The translations under genes and the position numbers were made by a program. The notes beneath the pieces are model-generated. The model saw nothing but the letters and a program-made list of their open reading frames with translations. It was not told the origin of the DNA and made no database searches. A stretch of 63,866 nt of DNA, filler included, from Octopus bimaculoides (lineage: Eukaryota): assembly GCF_001194135.2 (NCBI RefSeq). It is 6 parts of 5 records of this genome, joined end to end, with 100 filler letters (N's around TTAATTAATTAA, not from the genome) between each part and the next. Parts side by side here need not be neighbours in the genome. Positions count along the whole stretch, not along the records: positions 50,492 to 59,385 come from NC_068989.1; positions 59,486 to 63,866 come from NC_069003.1; 4 more parts are not named here. One strand, written 5' to 3'. Within the stretch, counting starts at the first letter, position 1; every line of letters begins with the position of its first letter. This document shows positions 51,178-62,900 of this stretch, in pieces.

Positions 51178-53482
51178 CATCATCATCGTTTAATATCCGC
51201 TTTCCATGCTAGCATGCGTTGGACAATTTGACTGAGGACTGGCAAGCCAGCAGGCTGCACCAGGCTCCAATCTGATCTGGCTGAGTTTCTACAGCTGGAT
51301 GCCCTTCCTAANNNNNNNNNNCCAGGCTCCAATCTGATCTGGCTGAGTTTCTACAGCTGGATGCCCTTCCTAATGCCAACCACTCCGAGAGTGTAGTGGG
51401 TGCTTTTACATCCCATCAGCATGAGGGCCAGTCACACGGTACTGGCAATGGCCACGCTCAAAAAAGTGTTTCTTTATGTGCCACCTGCATGGGAGCCAGT
51501 CCAGCTGCACTGGCAATGACCTCGCTCGAATGATTTTCTAACGTGCCACCAGCACAAGTACCGAGAAGGCGATGCTGGTAACGAATCCGCTCAATTGGTG
51601 CTATTTACAGGCCACTAGCACAGAAGCCAGACAGCTGCTCTGGCAATGAACATGCTCGGACAGTGCTGTTAGTGCTCCACTGGTGCAGGTGCCAGTCATC
51701 GAGTATGGTTCAATTATGATTTCGATTTCACTTGCCCCAACAGGTCTTCGCAAGCAGAGTTAAGTGTCCAATGAAGAAGAGGTTGGCATGGATGCCAGTC
51801 GTCGGATTCGGTTCGATTTTGATTTCAGATTTCAGATTTCAAATTTGAAATTCCAAATTCACTTGCCTCAACAGGTCTTTGCAAGCAGAGTTTTTAGTGT
51901 CCAATGAAGTAAAGATACGAATAAGTGAGCTGGCTACACTTCTGGCAGAGGTCTCACTTGTCTTGCCGGGTCTTCTCACGTACTGNNNNNNNNNNNNNNN
52001 NNNNNNNNNNNNNNNNNNNNNNNNNNNNNNNNNNNNNNNNNNNNNNNNNNNNNNNNNNNNNNNNNNNNNNNNNNNNNNNNNNNNNNNNNNNNNNNNNNNN
52101 NNNNNNNNNNNNNNNNNNNNNNNNNNNNNNNNNNNNNNNNNNNNNNNNNNNNNNNNNNNNNNNNNNNNNNNNNNNNNNNNNNNNNNNNNNNNNNNNNNNN
52201 NNNNNNNNNNNNNNNNNNNNNNNNNNNNNNNNNNNNNNNNNNNNNNNNNNNNNNNNNNNNNNNNNNNNNNNNNNNNNNNNNNNNNNNNNNNNNNNNNNNN
52301 NNNNNNNNNNNNNNNNNNNNNNNNNNNNNNNNNNNNNATCTTACGCATGTCCTCAGCAGTCACAGCCCATATTTCACTGCCATGTAGCATGGCTGTTCGT
52401 ACACATGCGTCATACAGTCTACCTTTTACTCCGAGTGAGAGGCCCTTTGTCACCAGGAGAGGTAAGAGCTCTCTGAACTTTGCCCAGGCTATTCTTATTC
52501 TAGCAGCTACACTTTCATTGCACCCTTCCCGCTACAAACTTGGTCACCTAGGTAGCGGAAGCTATCAACTACTTCTAGTTTTTCTCCCTGGAGTGTGGAA
52601 AAGGTTGTTTTCTGCACATTTTCAGTGTTTATTGCTCCTGAGCGTCTGCCACATGCAAAAACTATCTTGCTAGTTAGCCTTCCTTTGATATTGCTGCACC
52701 TCTTATGCATCCATAGCTTACACTGGGTACATCTTATGGAGTTTCTACCTACACCTTTTCTACAGATTGAGCAGGGTCATCTACCTGAAGGGCTTTGTTT
52801 TGTCTACCTTCGTACTTATTAGGACTTTGGTTTTAGCTAGGTAGACTCTAAGGCCCTTCGATTCTAGTCCTTGTTTCTACACCTGAGACTTCTCCTCTAG
52901 TTCTGATAGTGACTCAGCAATTATGGCAAGGTCATCAGCATAGAGGAGCTCCCAGGGGCATCCCATCTTGAATTCCTGTGTTATTGCCTCGAGGACTATG
53001 ATAAATAAGAGGGGGCTAAGTCTGAACCTTGGTGGACTCCTACCTCTACCCGGAATTCTTCACTGTACTCTCACCTTACTGACAGTGTCCCTGTACATGG
53101 CTTGCACAGCTCTCACTAACCACGCATCTATCCCTAGTTTCCTCATTGACCACCAGATAAGGGATCGGGGGACCCTGTCAAAGGCTTTCTCCATGTCAAC
53201 GAAAGCCAGGTACAGAGGTTTATCTTTGGCTAGGTATTTCTCCTGCAGCTGTCTTACCAGAAATGTAGCATCAGTGGTGCTTTTCCTTGGCAGGAACCCA
53301 AACTGCATCTCATCTAAACTGACTCTCTCCCTAATTTGTTGGGCTACGACCCTCTTGGTGACTTTCATTACCTGGCCCAGCAACTTGATACCTCTGTAAT
53401 TGTTTGTGTCTAAAGCGTCACCTTTACCTTTGTAGCAGTTGACTATGGTGCTGCTACACCAGTCATTAGGTATGACTCTTTC
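51178..53482 (-). mobile_element. 5'-truncated RTE-clade LINE with RT domain, 3' UTR and (ATG)n tail
   Basis: IPNDWCSSTIVNCYKGKGDALDTNNYRGIKLL...QFGFLPRKSTTDATFLVRQLQEKY...LAFVDMEKAFDRVPR and KGRLYDACVRTAMLHGSEIW. The tail ...AAACGATGATGATGAT is at 51178-51195 on the minus strand. Confidence 0.95.
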
Positions 53483-53895
53483 ATGTATATATACATACAT
53501 ATATATATATACATACATACATATATATATATTCGTTGTTTATTATCTTTCTATTTCTTTACCATGAAAACATAGTTCTCATAGCTTTGTCTTCCTTGTT
53601 TGTCTTAAGTTCATGCATATCCATTAGTCGTTACATTTTATTTATTTGTTTTATTCAAGTTTATCATTTCGTTAATTCGTTCTCTCTAAGTTTGTCTACC
53701 ATAGTATACAAGTGTAGAAGATTCTCTCATCTAAACTTGCTGGCTCATCTAAACCTCTGCCATCCTTGGTTGTCTCCCGTGAAAATTTCTAACACCATCT
53801 CCACCCCTACCTAGGGTTTATCAATCATATAGTGCATAAAAATGGTGTAGTGTCTCATCCATCATTTATTCCCCAAAAATATATTTATTTATATA

Positions 53896-54046
53896 AGGGC
53901 ATTACTATACATGAATGCCTCACGCTAAGAGGGACAGGCTAGCTTTGAGAGTTGCATTTCCTTGTGTTCGGTAAAAATGTGTTTATTATGGTAGTTTGAC
54001 CTTAGAGTCGCTCTTAGCGTGAGGCATTCATGTGTAGTAATGCCCT
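53896..54046. mobile_element. 151-bp MITE with 40-bp TIRs in a TA context
   Basis: AGGGCATTACTATACATGAATGCCTCACGCTAAGAGGGAC ... GTCGCTCTTAGCGTGAGGCATTCATGTGTAGTAATGCCCT, flanked by TA. Confidence 0.85.
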
Positions 54047-54489
54047 TATATATATATNNNNNNNNNNNNNNNNNNNNNNNNNNNNNNNNNNNNNNNNNNN
54101 NNNNNNNNNNNNNNNNNNNNNNNNNNNNNNNNNNNNNNNNNNNNNNNNNNNNNNNNNNNNNNNNNNNNNNNNNNNNNNNNNNNNNNNNNNNNNNNNNNNN
54201 NNNNNNNNNNNNNNNNNNNNNNNNNNNNNNNNNNNNNNNNNNNNNNNNNNNNNNNNNNNNNNNNNNNNNNNNNNNNNNNNNNNNNNNNNNNNNNNNNNNN
54301 NNNNNNNNNNNNNNNNNNNNNNNNNNNNNNNNNNNNNNNNNNNNNNNNNNNNNNNNNNNNNNNNNNNNNNNNNNNNNNNNNNNNNNNNNNNNNNNNNNNN
54401 NNNNNNNNNNNNNNNNNNNNNNNNNNNNNNNNNNNATATATATTATTTATATATATATATTATATATATATTATTAGAGATTGAGAAAA

Positions 54490-56040
54490 TTCTGCATCAA
54501 TCTCATGAAAAGGAGAGAGCATCTAAAAAGCTTGGGTTATAGAAAATATCAGTCGAACCCTAAATTTTTGTTAAGTTTGTCAATGAAACAACCTCAGTAT
54601 GCCACAAGATAGGACCCCTCTTCCAAAAAGATGGCTCCCTCACAGGAAACTCCATGAGGATAAGTGAAATACTGAATGAACAGTTCCAAAGTGTATTCAG
54701 TATACCTGTGGGACACAGGCAGGTGAACACACCAGCAGAATTGTTTGCCACTTTACCAGTAACCAAAGAGGCAAAAATTGAGTACATAAACATTGAAGAA
54801 GAAGATATAACACTGGCTATAGATGAGGTTGATACAAACTCAGCTGTTGGCTCTGATGGATTTTCAGTGGTCCTTCTCAAATCATGAGAATGAGCCCTTG
54901 CAAAACCACTACGGCTTCTCTTTCAGAGCTTCCTTGCAAGTGGTAGGTCCCAGACAAACTAAAGAAGGGATAATATGCCCTATCCATAAGGGAGGAAGCA
55001 GAGCAGATGCTAAAAATTATAGGCCTGTCTCTCTGACCTCATACATCAGCATGGATTTCAACCAGGTAGAAGCTGTCTAACACAGCACTTGCAACATTAC
55101 GACTGGGTGTTAAATGACTCAAGCATGGATGTGACATATCTTGACTTTGCAAAAGCCTTTCACAAAGTCGACCATGGTATGACATGTTACAAACTGCATG
55201 ATCTCGGCAGAGGCGGGTAACTTGAAGAATGGCTGCACAACTTTCTAAAAGATAGTCATCAGGCAGCGGTGGCCAATGGAGCTACTTCCAAGGAAACACA
55301 AATAGCAAGTGGTGTCCCACAGGGCACTATCTTTGGACCACTACTATTCATAGCGGCCCTCTCAGACATACCCTCAGCTGCTCATATAGCCATCCTTCCT
55401 AGCTATGCAGATGACACAAAAGTCTCTCAGACAATACAAAATCCTGGAAATGTTGCACATCTGCAACAGGAGTTGGATGCAATACACAGGTGGGCTGAGG
55501 ACAACAACATGCAGTTTAATGCTACCAGCACACAAAGCTAAATGACATGGAGACAGGATTCACTGGCTCCGGAGGAATTGCAATCCCTGAATCAAAATCA
55601 GTGCATGACCCGGGCCTTGATATGAGCAATGATGCATCTTTTCAAGTGCACATTATCAATTTGGTAATAAAATGCAGATGGCTGGCTAGCTGGCTGGATC
55701 TTCCAAACTTTCAAAACAAGAGAAAAGGAGACATTGACGGTCCTTTGGAGGACATATGTCCTCAGCTGTTTGGACTACTGCTCCCAACTATGGTCACCAC
55801 ACAATATAAAAGACATAGCAGACCCTGAAGCAAGCTATCGAAGCTACACTAAGAAAATTGTCTCAATGCAACATATCAGCTACTGGGAAAGTTCCGAAAG
55901 AATTAAAACTCTTCTCCCTAGAATGAAGGTGGGAAAGATATGTAGTGATATACATCTGGAAAATTCCTGGAAAATTCCTGGAAAGCCTTGTACCAAACTT
56001 TGGCATTGAAAGTTACACAAATTGCAGAATGGGATGTCAC
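54490..56040 (+). mobile_element. Degenerate CR1-clade LINE (RT domain)
   Basis: ISEILNEQFQSVFS; ICPIHKGGSRADAKNYRPVSLTS; YLDFAKAFHKVDH; SGVPQGTIFGPLLF; SYADDTK; LQQELDAIHRWAEDNNMQFN; LWRTYVLSCLDYCSQLWSP. Many stops and frameshifts. Confidence 0.9.
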
Positions 56041-56466
56041 TGCATATACCACTATCTTACTGACATCTTTGACATGTTCCTTTATATAATCATAGCAAAT
56101 GTATTGCCACAGTAAAATAGGGGTAGGGAGGAGAATCTGACATTAATTAATTTATTATCAGCAGCTAAAATTTAACTGTCAATTTCCAGTGGTTTTAATT
56201 CTTAGTGGATGTAGAAAACTAGCTGCATTAGATCTTTTGATTGTGATAAGGAGAAAGATAAATGTAGCTATATTACTACCTCTTGACTCCCATTGTTATT
56301 CTCTTCTGCCACTCCAATTTATAGCTGGAGGATTTTCTCCCTAGATTCATTCTGCTACAATAATAGCAACAGGCATGTAATTCTTTTATTCTCTAGTTCT
56401 GATGAAAACTTTAGTAAAAAAAATTATAAAGGAATGTCCTGTATGTTGAAAACCTATATGTTCTTA

Positions 56467-56553
56467 TGTATCCGAGGAAGACGGTGTATTTCAAATTGAT
56501 GTAATGCTTGCATTGATTGATTAAATGGAGTTGCCTGAAATGGCCGTAATGCA
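56467..56553 (+). ncRNA. Hammerhead motif with a long stem II loop (family has a half-copy at 29608-29690)
   Basis: TGTAT CCGAGGA AGAC...GCCT GAAA TGGCCG TA ATGCA. The 29671 copy has GAAA CGGTCG TA, which implies a consensus palindrome CGGCCG. Confidence 0.55.
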
Positions 56554-56984
56554 CTAATACCTTGACATCCTTGTTACTTATTTGCCTTTTATTTACGTTA
56601 CTTCAAGCTGCTGGTAATCTCTTCTATTAAACCGGTAATCTCTTCTCTTATACTGAAAACTCCCACAGAGCTCTGCCTCACTCCTGCACCTGAAGACCTA
56701 CATACCTTCCTCCTTTCCAAACCATCTTCCTCTTACTCCTCCCTCTCTCTCTCTCTGTATATAATGGACTAACCCAACCAAATAGCAGCCCATTTACTTA
56801 ATTTAACATTGGCATATTCATATTTATATTTGCAGCTGCAGTAACACTTACATTTACAATGCTCAACCCCAGTAGAGACAACAATTTTAACATGTTTGAA
56901 TGATGATAGGTTAAAAGTGAGAACAACTGTTATGACATGTCTGTTATCAAACGATTGTGGAAGCCTGCTTTTCAGGTGCTGAAT

Positions 56985-59345
56985 AACATCTCTCCTTCCC
57001 ATGTTCCCTCCCACATCCCTTTCCCAGTTTTCAGAGTTGAAACTGTAAATGTAGGCACATTGAAATGTAGGTCTAATGAAATTGTAGAGCTGCTTGAATA
57101 GAGGCGTGTTGATATATGATGCATCCATGAGGTAAGGTGGAGAGGAGATTCAGCCAGATTCCTCACAGGCAAGACACATAAGTATAAAATCTTCTGGGGA
57201 AGGTAACAGTGATGGAGTAGGTGGTGTGGGCATACTTCTTGCAAAGAAATGGGTGGATAAGGTCATAGAGGTAGTCAGAGTGTGTGATAGAGTGCTTAAA
57301 CTCAGGCTAGTCTTGCAGAATAGTATAACTACAATTATATCTACCTACGCACCACAAGTGGGCCTACCAAATGAACAGAAGAACCACTTTTATGATATTC
57401 TTCTGCAGACTACCTCAAAGACAAGCAACAATGATCTCACCATCATGGCTGTGAATTTCAATGAGCATGTTGGACAGCAGTCTAGTATCTTCCATGGAAT
57501 TGGTTCCTGAAACAAAGCAGAAACAAGGCTACTGGAGTTCTGTGATGCAGATAACCTTTTGATCTGCAACACCAACTTCAGGAAGCCAGCCATCCACCTG
57601 ATAACCTATTAATGAGGTGACTCTGCTAGTTAGATTGATTTCATTCTCACCAGACAGCAGGATGCATGGTTGCTCTTAGATACAAAGACCCTCCCTGGTG
57701 AAAAATGTACCCCCCAGCATAGACTAGTCATTAGCAACTGTATACTCCAGACTAGAAGGATGCCAAGAAGCAGACCAATCTTGAAAAGAAGGATCTGGAA
57801 GCTTAAGGACCTTTCATATGGCCAGAGATTTAGGGACATCCTAATTGAGAAATTAGCTTGTTGTTCATACACTTGTCTTTGCCTTTTGTTTTTCTATAAA
57901 TTTCAACTATATATATATATATATATACATATATATATAAGAAGTGCAGCAATATCAGTGGAAGGTTAACAGGGAAGATAGTTTTTGTGTGTGGAAGGTG
58001 CACAGATACAATAAACACCAAAAATGTACAGAAAATAGATTCCATCACATGCCAGAGGGGAAAACTAGAAGTAGTCGATAGCATCCATTACCTAGGCGAC
58101 CAAGTCAGTAGTGGGGGTGGATGCTCTGAGAGTGTAACCGCTAAAATAAGAATAGGCTGAGTAAAGTTCAGGGAGCTTCTATCTCTGCTGGTAACAAATG
58201 TCCTTGCTCAGAGTGAAAGGCAGATTGTACGATACCTATGTGTAAACAGCCATGCTTCACAGCAGTGAAACATGGGCTGTGACTACTGAGGACATGCACA
58301 GGCTTGTAAGAAACAAAGCTGGTATTCTCCACTGGGTGTCTAATGTCAGTGTGCATGCACGACAGAATGTAAGCGTCCTGAGAGAAATGTTGGACATAAG
58401 AAGCATCAGATGTGGTGTGCAAGAGAGACGACTGTGCTGGTATGATCATGTGATATGTATGGATGAGGACAGGTGCTTGAAGAAGTATCACACTCTAACA
58501 GTGGAGGGGATCTGTGGAAGAAGTAGACCCAGGAAGACATGGGGTGAGGTAGTGAAGCACGATCTTCAAATGTTAGGCCTCATAGAGGCAATGACAAGTG
58601 ACTAAGACCTTTGGCAATATGCCACACTTGAGAAGTGAGATCGTAGTCATGTCACATAACCGGCCCATTGAAAGTACCCTTCAATTGTCGGACGATACGC
58701 TGTGCTTGTGAAGACCTGTCAGACTGAGTGGAATTATAGTTGTGGCCAATGCCAGTGCTGTCTGACAGGCACATAAAAAACAGTGTTGGGCCTCACAGAA
58801 GCAGTGACAGGTGACCAAGATCTTTGGTGATACACCATGCTTGTGTAGACCTGTCAAGCCAAGTGAGACCGTAGTCATGGCCAATGCTGGTGTCAGGTCA
58901 ATGGCTCTCATGTCGGTGACATGTAAAAAACACCTACTACATTTTTGGAGGTTGTGCATCCAGTGGACAGGCAGTAGATTTTTATTCCTATTTTTGAAGG
59001 CCCTCAGGTTCACAGACTTGTAGATAAGTCCTGGTTTCATCATGAAGCCAGCAGCATTGGCTTCATCCTTCATGATGTATGTTCTGGAAGGCATCTTCTT
59101 CCAGAACAAGCCAGTCTCATCCATACTGAAAACCTGTTCCAGCTTGTATCCCATGTCTTCAATGATCTACCTGAAAGTCTCAAGATACTTCTCAGCAGTT
59201 AGTGTTAGGAAGGGCATCCATTTGTAGAAACCTTGCCAAATCAGATTGGAACCTGGTGCTGCCCCCAAGCTTACCACTTTTCAGTCAAACTGTTGAACCC
59301 ATGCCAGCTGAAAAGCAGACGTTAAATGATGATGATGATGATGAT
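56985..59345 (+). mobile_element. RTE-clade LINE: APE endonuclease part, internal deletion, ORF C-terminus, 3' UTR and (ATG)n tail
   Basis: TVNVGTL..., GVGILLAKKW..., ISTYAPQVG (APE domain), then MLHSSETWAV...CGVQERRLCWYDHVICM...RSRPRKTW, then the tail GTTAAATGATGATGATGATGAT. Confidence 0.9.
58942..59188 (-). mobile_element. Tigger/pogo (CENP-B-like DDE) transposase fragment nested in the RTE 3' UTR
   Basis: GYKLEQVFSMDETGLFWKKMPSRTYI...NAAGFMMKPGLIYKS.N.RAFKN.NKNLLPVHWMHN contains the Tigger DETG motif. Confidence 0.8.
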
Positions 59346-59570
59346 ATACTTATGTATGTATGTATGTATGTATGTATATATATATNNNNNNNNNNNNNNN
59401 NNNNNNNNNNNNNNNNNNNNNNNNNNNNNTTAATTAATTAANNNNNNNNNNNNNNNNNNNNNNNNNNNNNNNNNNNNNNNNNNNNAAGATAATTGTTATT
59501 ATTTAACTGGGGTTTGGATCATAAATTAGCATAGAATTATCATGGAAGGTTTTAATCTAGATCACTTTAA

Positions 59571-59789
59571 CCCTTTTGTTACCATACTTGTTGAAACACA
59601 CTGCCTTTGTTTCAATTAATTTTGTAAACACTGAAGAATTTAGTCAAATAATTTTGTCATTATTAAGCTAGTGTTTGAAACGTAAATTTACAAGAAATTT
59701 TGATGGAAGAAAGTTTTGAGATCCCTTTAAAACAAGATATTTGTATCATAGAAACAAAAGCAGTTTTAAACAAGTTGGTATCAAAAGGG
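59571..59789. mobile_element. piggyBac-type MITE
   Basis: TTAA|CCCTTTTGTTACCA ... TGGTATCAAAAGGG|TTAA: 13/14-bp TIRs and a TTAA target duplication. Confidence 0.85.
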
Positions 59790-59959
59790 TTAAGCCTGGC
59801 AGATATTACTATTTTTTATTAAAAACAAAACATGTTTATTTTTTTTTGGCAGGTTTTGCATCAGGAACCAGCTTCAGCCTTTTCATAGCGATTCTCATTG
59901 CTATCATCTTGTTTCTTGTTACTCTAATTTCTGTGTTCACCTTCCTGTGATTCCATTTC

Positions 59960-60120
59960 CTCTCTTCTGTGTCCATAGCATGCATTTTCTGCATATTGAG
60001 CAGGATCATTTACCTGATGGGTGTGAGGTCCTGTCTGTTTTCCTGGTTGTTAGAACTTTCATTTTTGCCAACTTAACTTTAAGGCCTTTTGACACCAGGT
60101 TTTGCTTCCATTACTTGAAA
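59960..60120 (-). mobile_element. Short RTE RT fragment
   Basis: Homologous to 52740-52870. The minus strand gives WKQNLVSKGLKVKLAKMKVL...SGK*SCSICRK. Confidence 0.65.
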
Positions 60121-60814
60121 TTTCTTTTCTAATACCACTGCAGATTCCACTCTGAAAATGAACTCATTAGCATATAGTAGTTCTCAAGGGCAGCTAGTAT
60201 TAAATTCCTCTGCTGTGACCAAGAGGACAGTGATTAAGAAGAGGGAAGTGAGAACTGAGCTCTGNNNNNNNNNNNNNNNNNNNNNNNNNNNNNNNNNNNN
60301 NNNNNNNNNNNNNNNNNNNNNNNNNNNNNNNNNNNNNNNNNNNNNNNNNNNNNNNNNNNNNNNNTTTCCCTTATAACTTTTAAGAAAATGGGTTTTTTTC
60401 AATGTAATTTTATATAAATACCTTTGAAACGGCATACATTACGATTACAAAGTAATTTGCGGCGAAATTCTTGAGGTGGGGAGAAGACTTTCGGAAAATT
60501 CCCAAGATTCGAATTTTTCCTCGTTATATTCCGAAATCACATTCAACTTTCTACAGATACCCTAGCGTAGTACTGATACACTACGTAGTGTTTATTTTTA
60601 CCCACTTTCAATAATTCATAATGTTTTGGCTTCAATTTTATTTCATTTTCAATTATTTTTACGCTTTTTTAACCCTTCGTCGTTATTATCATTCACTCGT
60701 TATTACTTTGTCTCTCTATCTATCTAAATATTGAAAATTATCCATTAAGTCGGAGAGGAAGGACTCTTATGTAGGATTGACTACACACACAGAGACATTA
60801 ATATATATATATAT

Positions 60815-60900
60815 CAGTGGTTCCCAAACTATGAGTCGCGACCCACTGATGGGTCACGAACGGAATCCTAGTGGGTCGCAAAAAGTTATAAAATTACGCA
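60815..60900 (+). mobile_element. hAT (Charlie-like) left end; no partner TIR seen
   Basis: The terminus CAGTGGTTCCCAAACT is followed by repeated GGGTCGC/GCGACCC subterminal motifs. Confidence 0.55.
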
Positions 60901-61189
60901 TTAGCTTTTATTAACTGCTGTCTATTGAGATAGTTCAAGACTGGTTGTTTTATCAAGCAGTAGGCTTTTTTCACGAACTTAACAAATCAGAGGTGGTCAT
61001 TTTCTCAAGTTATTTATTCGTAACGTAATCGTAAAAAGGAAAAGTCTGTTTTTACCTATTTATAGAGAACTTTAACTAGGCGCAGTACAACACTGATCGA
61101 GCCAATAATAGTTACTGCTTCGAGGTTTTGTATTAGAGTTAATACATAAGGTATGGAGACGTTGAAACAGTTATAAAAAATGCCTCTAT

Positions 61190-61345
61190 ATGATAGATCG
61201 TTAGCCACTACACATTCTTTATTTCCTCTCCTTTTTTTTCTGTGTTCCTTTCTGTGGAAAGGCGTAGGCTCGAAACGTTAAAGACTCCTTACTTCCCGAG
61301 CATTAAACTAATACATCTGTTGGCTAATGCTTACAATATTACCCG
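61190..61345 (+). mobile_element. PLE pseudo-LTR-like repeat with a non-canonical hammerhead (61248-61283)
   Basis: CTTT CTGTGGA AAGGC GTAG GCTC GAAA CGT T AAAG. Homologous to 36948-37030 (-) and 19665-19866 (-). Confidence 0.65.
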
Positions 61346-62103
61346 GAAGCGAAAACAAAATGAAAATAGTTTCATATTCGTTTCATACACATTTTTTTTA
61401 CACCCGTTGCACTTTTTTCTTTTCTGTGTAATATTGTAAACATTAACCGAAAAAAAAAAAATGATTAGTGATTAATTAAGAACAAGCAAAAATAGGACAC
61501 CATTCGAACAAACAATATGGGATGATTTAAGGGTAATTTGGGACAAACTAAAAAATAAAGAAAACAATCACTTGAAAGACATATAAATCGGGTATTTTTT
61601 CGGATACACAAAAAAGAAATTATTCAGGATAATCATGAAAAAGTGGGAGAATGAGACAGGTAATTAATTAGATACAAAAACTAACAAAAATTACGATTAT
61701 TGACATGAAGAACTTTGATCAGATTCCCATCATTTTTTTTTCCTTACCTTATATATGCATACTCCTGTTGTGTATATATTCCAGGAATATCTTCGACTTG
61801 TTGACGGCTCGGATAGTCAGATATCTTAACTAATTGTTCTTTAGATCATTACACTATGTAACTACTAATGTAAGATACAAAATTTTCCACACTAGACTTT
61901 TTGTATCTATGGAGACCAGATCTTTCTACTTGAAGGCGTGTAGACTAGAGGCGGAAATAGAGAGGATACAGCAGTGGGAGGATAGAAAGAGCGCGCAGTT
62001 GTAAGTGGTGAAATGGAGTGGTTTGTGTAAAGTATAAGAGGAAAGTGAAAGAAAGAAGGGATCTTTCTGATTTGGCGGAATGTAAACAACACATAATAGC
62101 GGT

Positions 62104-62360
62104 GTAATGAGATCTTTTCCCTTGAATAAAATTAGTGCCGTTATTTATGACATCGTTCGTGCGTTCGTACTGGTTTTAGGGTTAGGGTTATGAATATTTT
62201 TGCCAATACTCATAACCTTAACCCTAACTCTAAAACCCGAACCGTAAAGCTAAAACCAATACAAACGCACGAACAATGTCATAAATAACAGTACCGCCGA
62301 TAGTTATTGTTGTTGACAAACAACGGCACTAATTTTATTCAAGGGAAAAGATCCCATTAC
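62104..62360. mobile_element. 257-bp fold-back element with internal telomeric-type TTAGGG repeats
   Basis: The outer 39-bp arms GTAATGAGATCTTTTCCCTTGAATAAAATTAGTGCCGTT / AACGGCACTAATTTTATTCAAGGGAAAAGATCCCATTAC have 1 mismatch. The inner arms contain TTAGGGTTAGGG (62176-62187) facing AACCTTAACCCTAAC. Confidence 0.85.
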
Positions 62361-62600
62361 ACCACACAACGTTTTGTTGACGATTCACAGCAGTAATTGT
62401 TTTCACCTCAATAGACGTCAGTGATTAGTTGAAATTACCGAAATACGACAATTTTAACACGAAATAACTTTAAAAATATAAACTTTTCTCAATAACACTA
62501 AGAGTAAAAATGTTTTATATGACACATTCTATCAGTGTCCCAAGTTTGAAAGTGTTTCAGTAAGAAAACAAGTGGCGCCCGCCAAATCAGAAAGATCCCT

Positions 62601-62900
62601 GTAGCACTTAAAAAGCACTAGTAATGGTGCCACGCAAAAAGCACTGGTGATGGTGCCATGTACAAAGCACTGGTGCAGGTGCCACGGAAAAAGCACTGGT
62701 GATGGTGCCACATAAAAAGCACTAGTAATGGTGCCACATAAAAAGCATTGGTGATGGTCCCATGTAAAAAGCACCTGCTGCACTCTCGGAGTGGTTGGCA
62801 TTGGGAAGGGCAACCGACTATAAAAACCCTTCCGAAACAGACGATGGAACTTGGTGCAGTCACAGACCTTGTTAATTTCTGTGAAACCATGGAATTTATG
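62601..62900 (+). repeat. 26-bp minisatellite (~6.7 units) fused to an RTE 3'-tail-like sequence
   Basis: Units GGTGCCAC(A/G)TAAAAAGCACT(A/G)GT(A/G)AT start at 62626, 62652, 62678, 62704, 62730 and 62756. They are followed by CTCTCGGAGTGGTTGGCATTGGGAAGGGCA, as in the RTE UTR at 51360-51410. Confidence 0.85.

Noticed and set aside
62601-62775. CRISPR-like array
   Set aside because: The context is eukaryotic, there are no unique spacers or cas genes, and it is an RTE-UTR-derived minisatellite.
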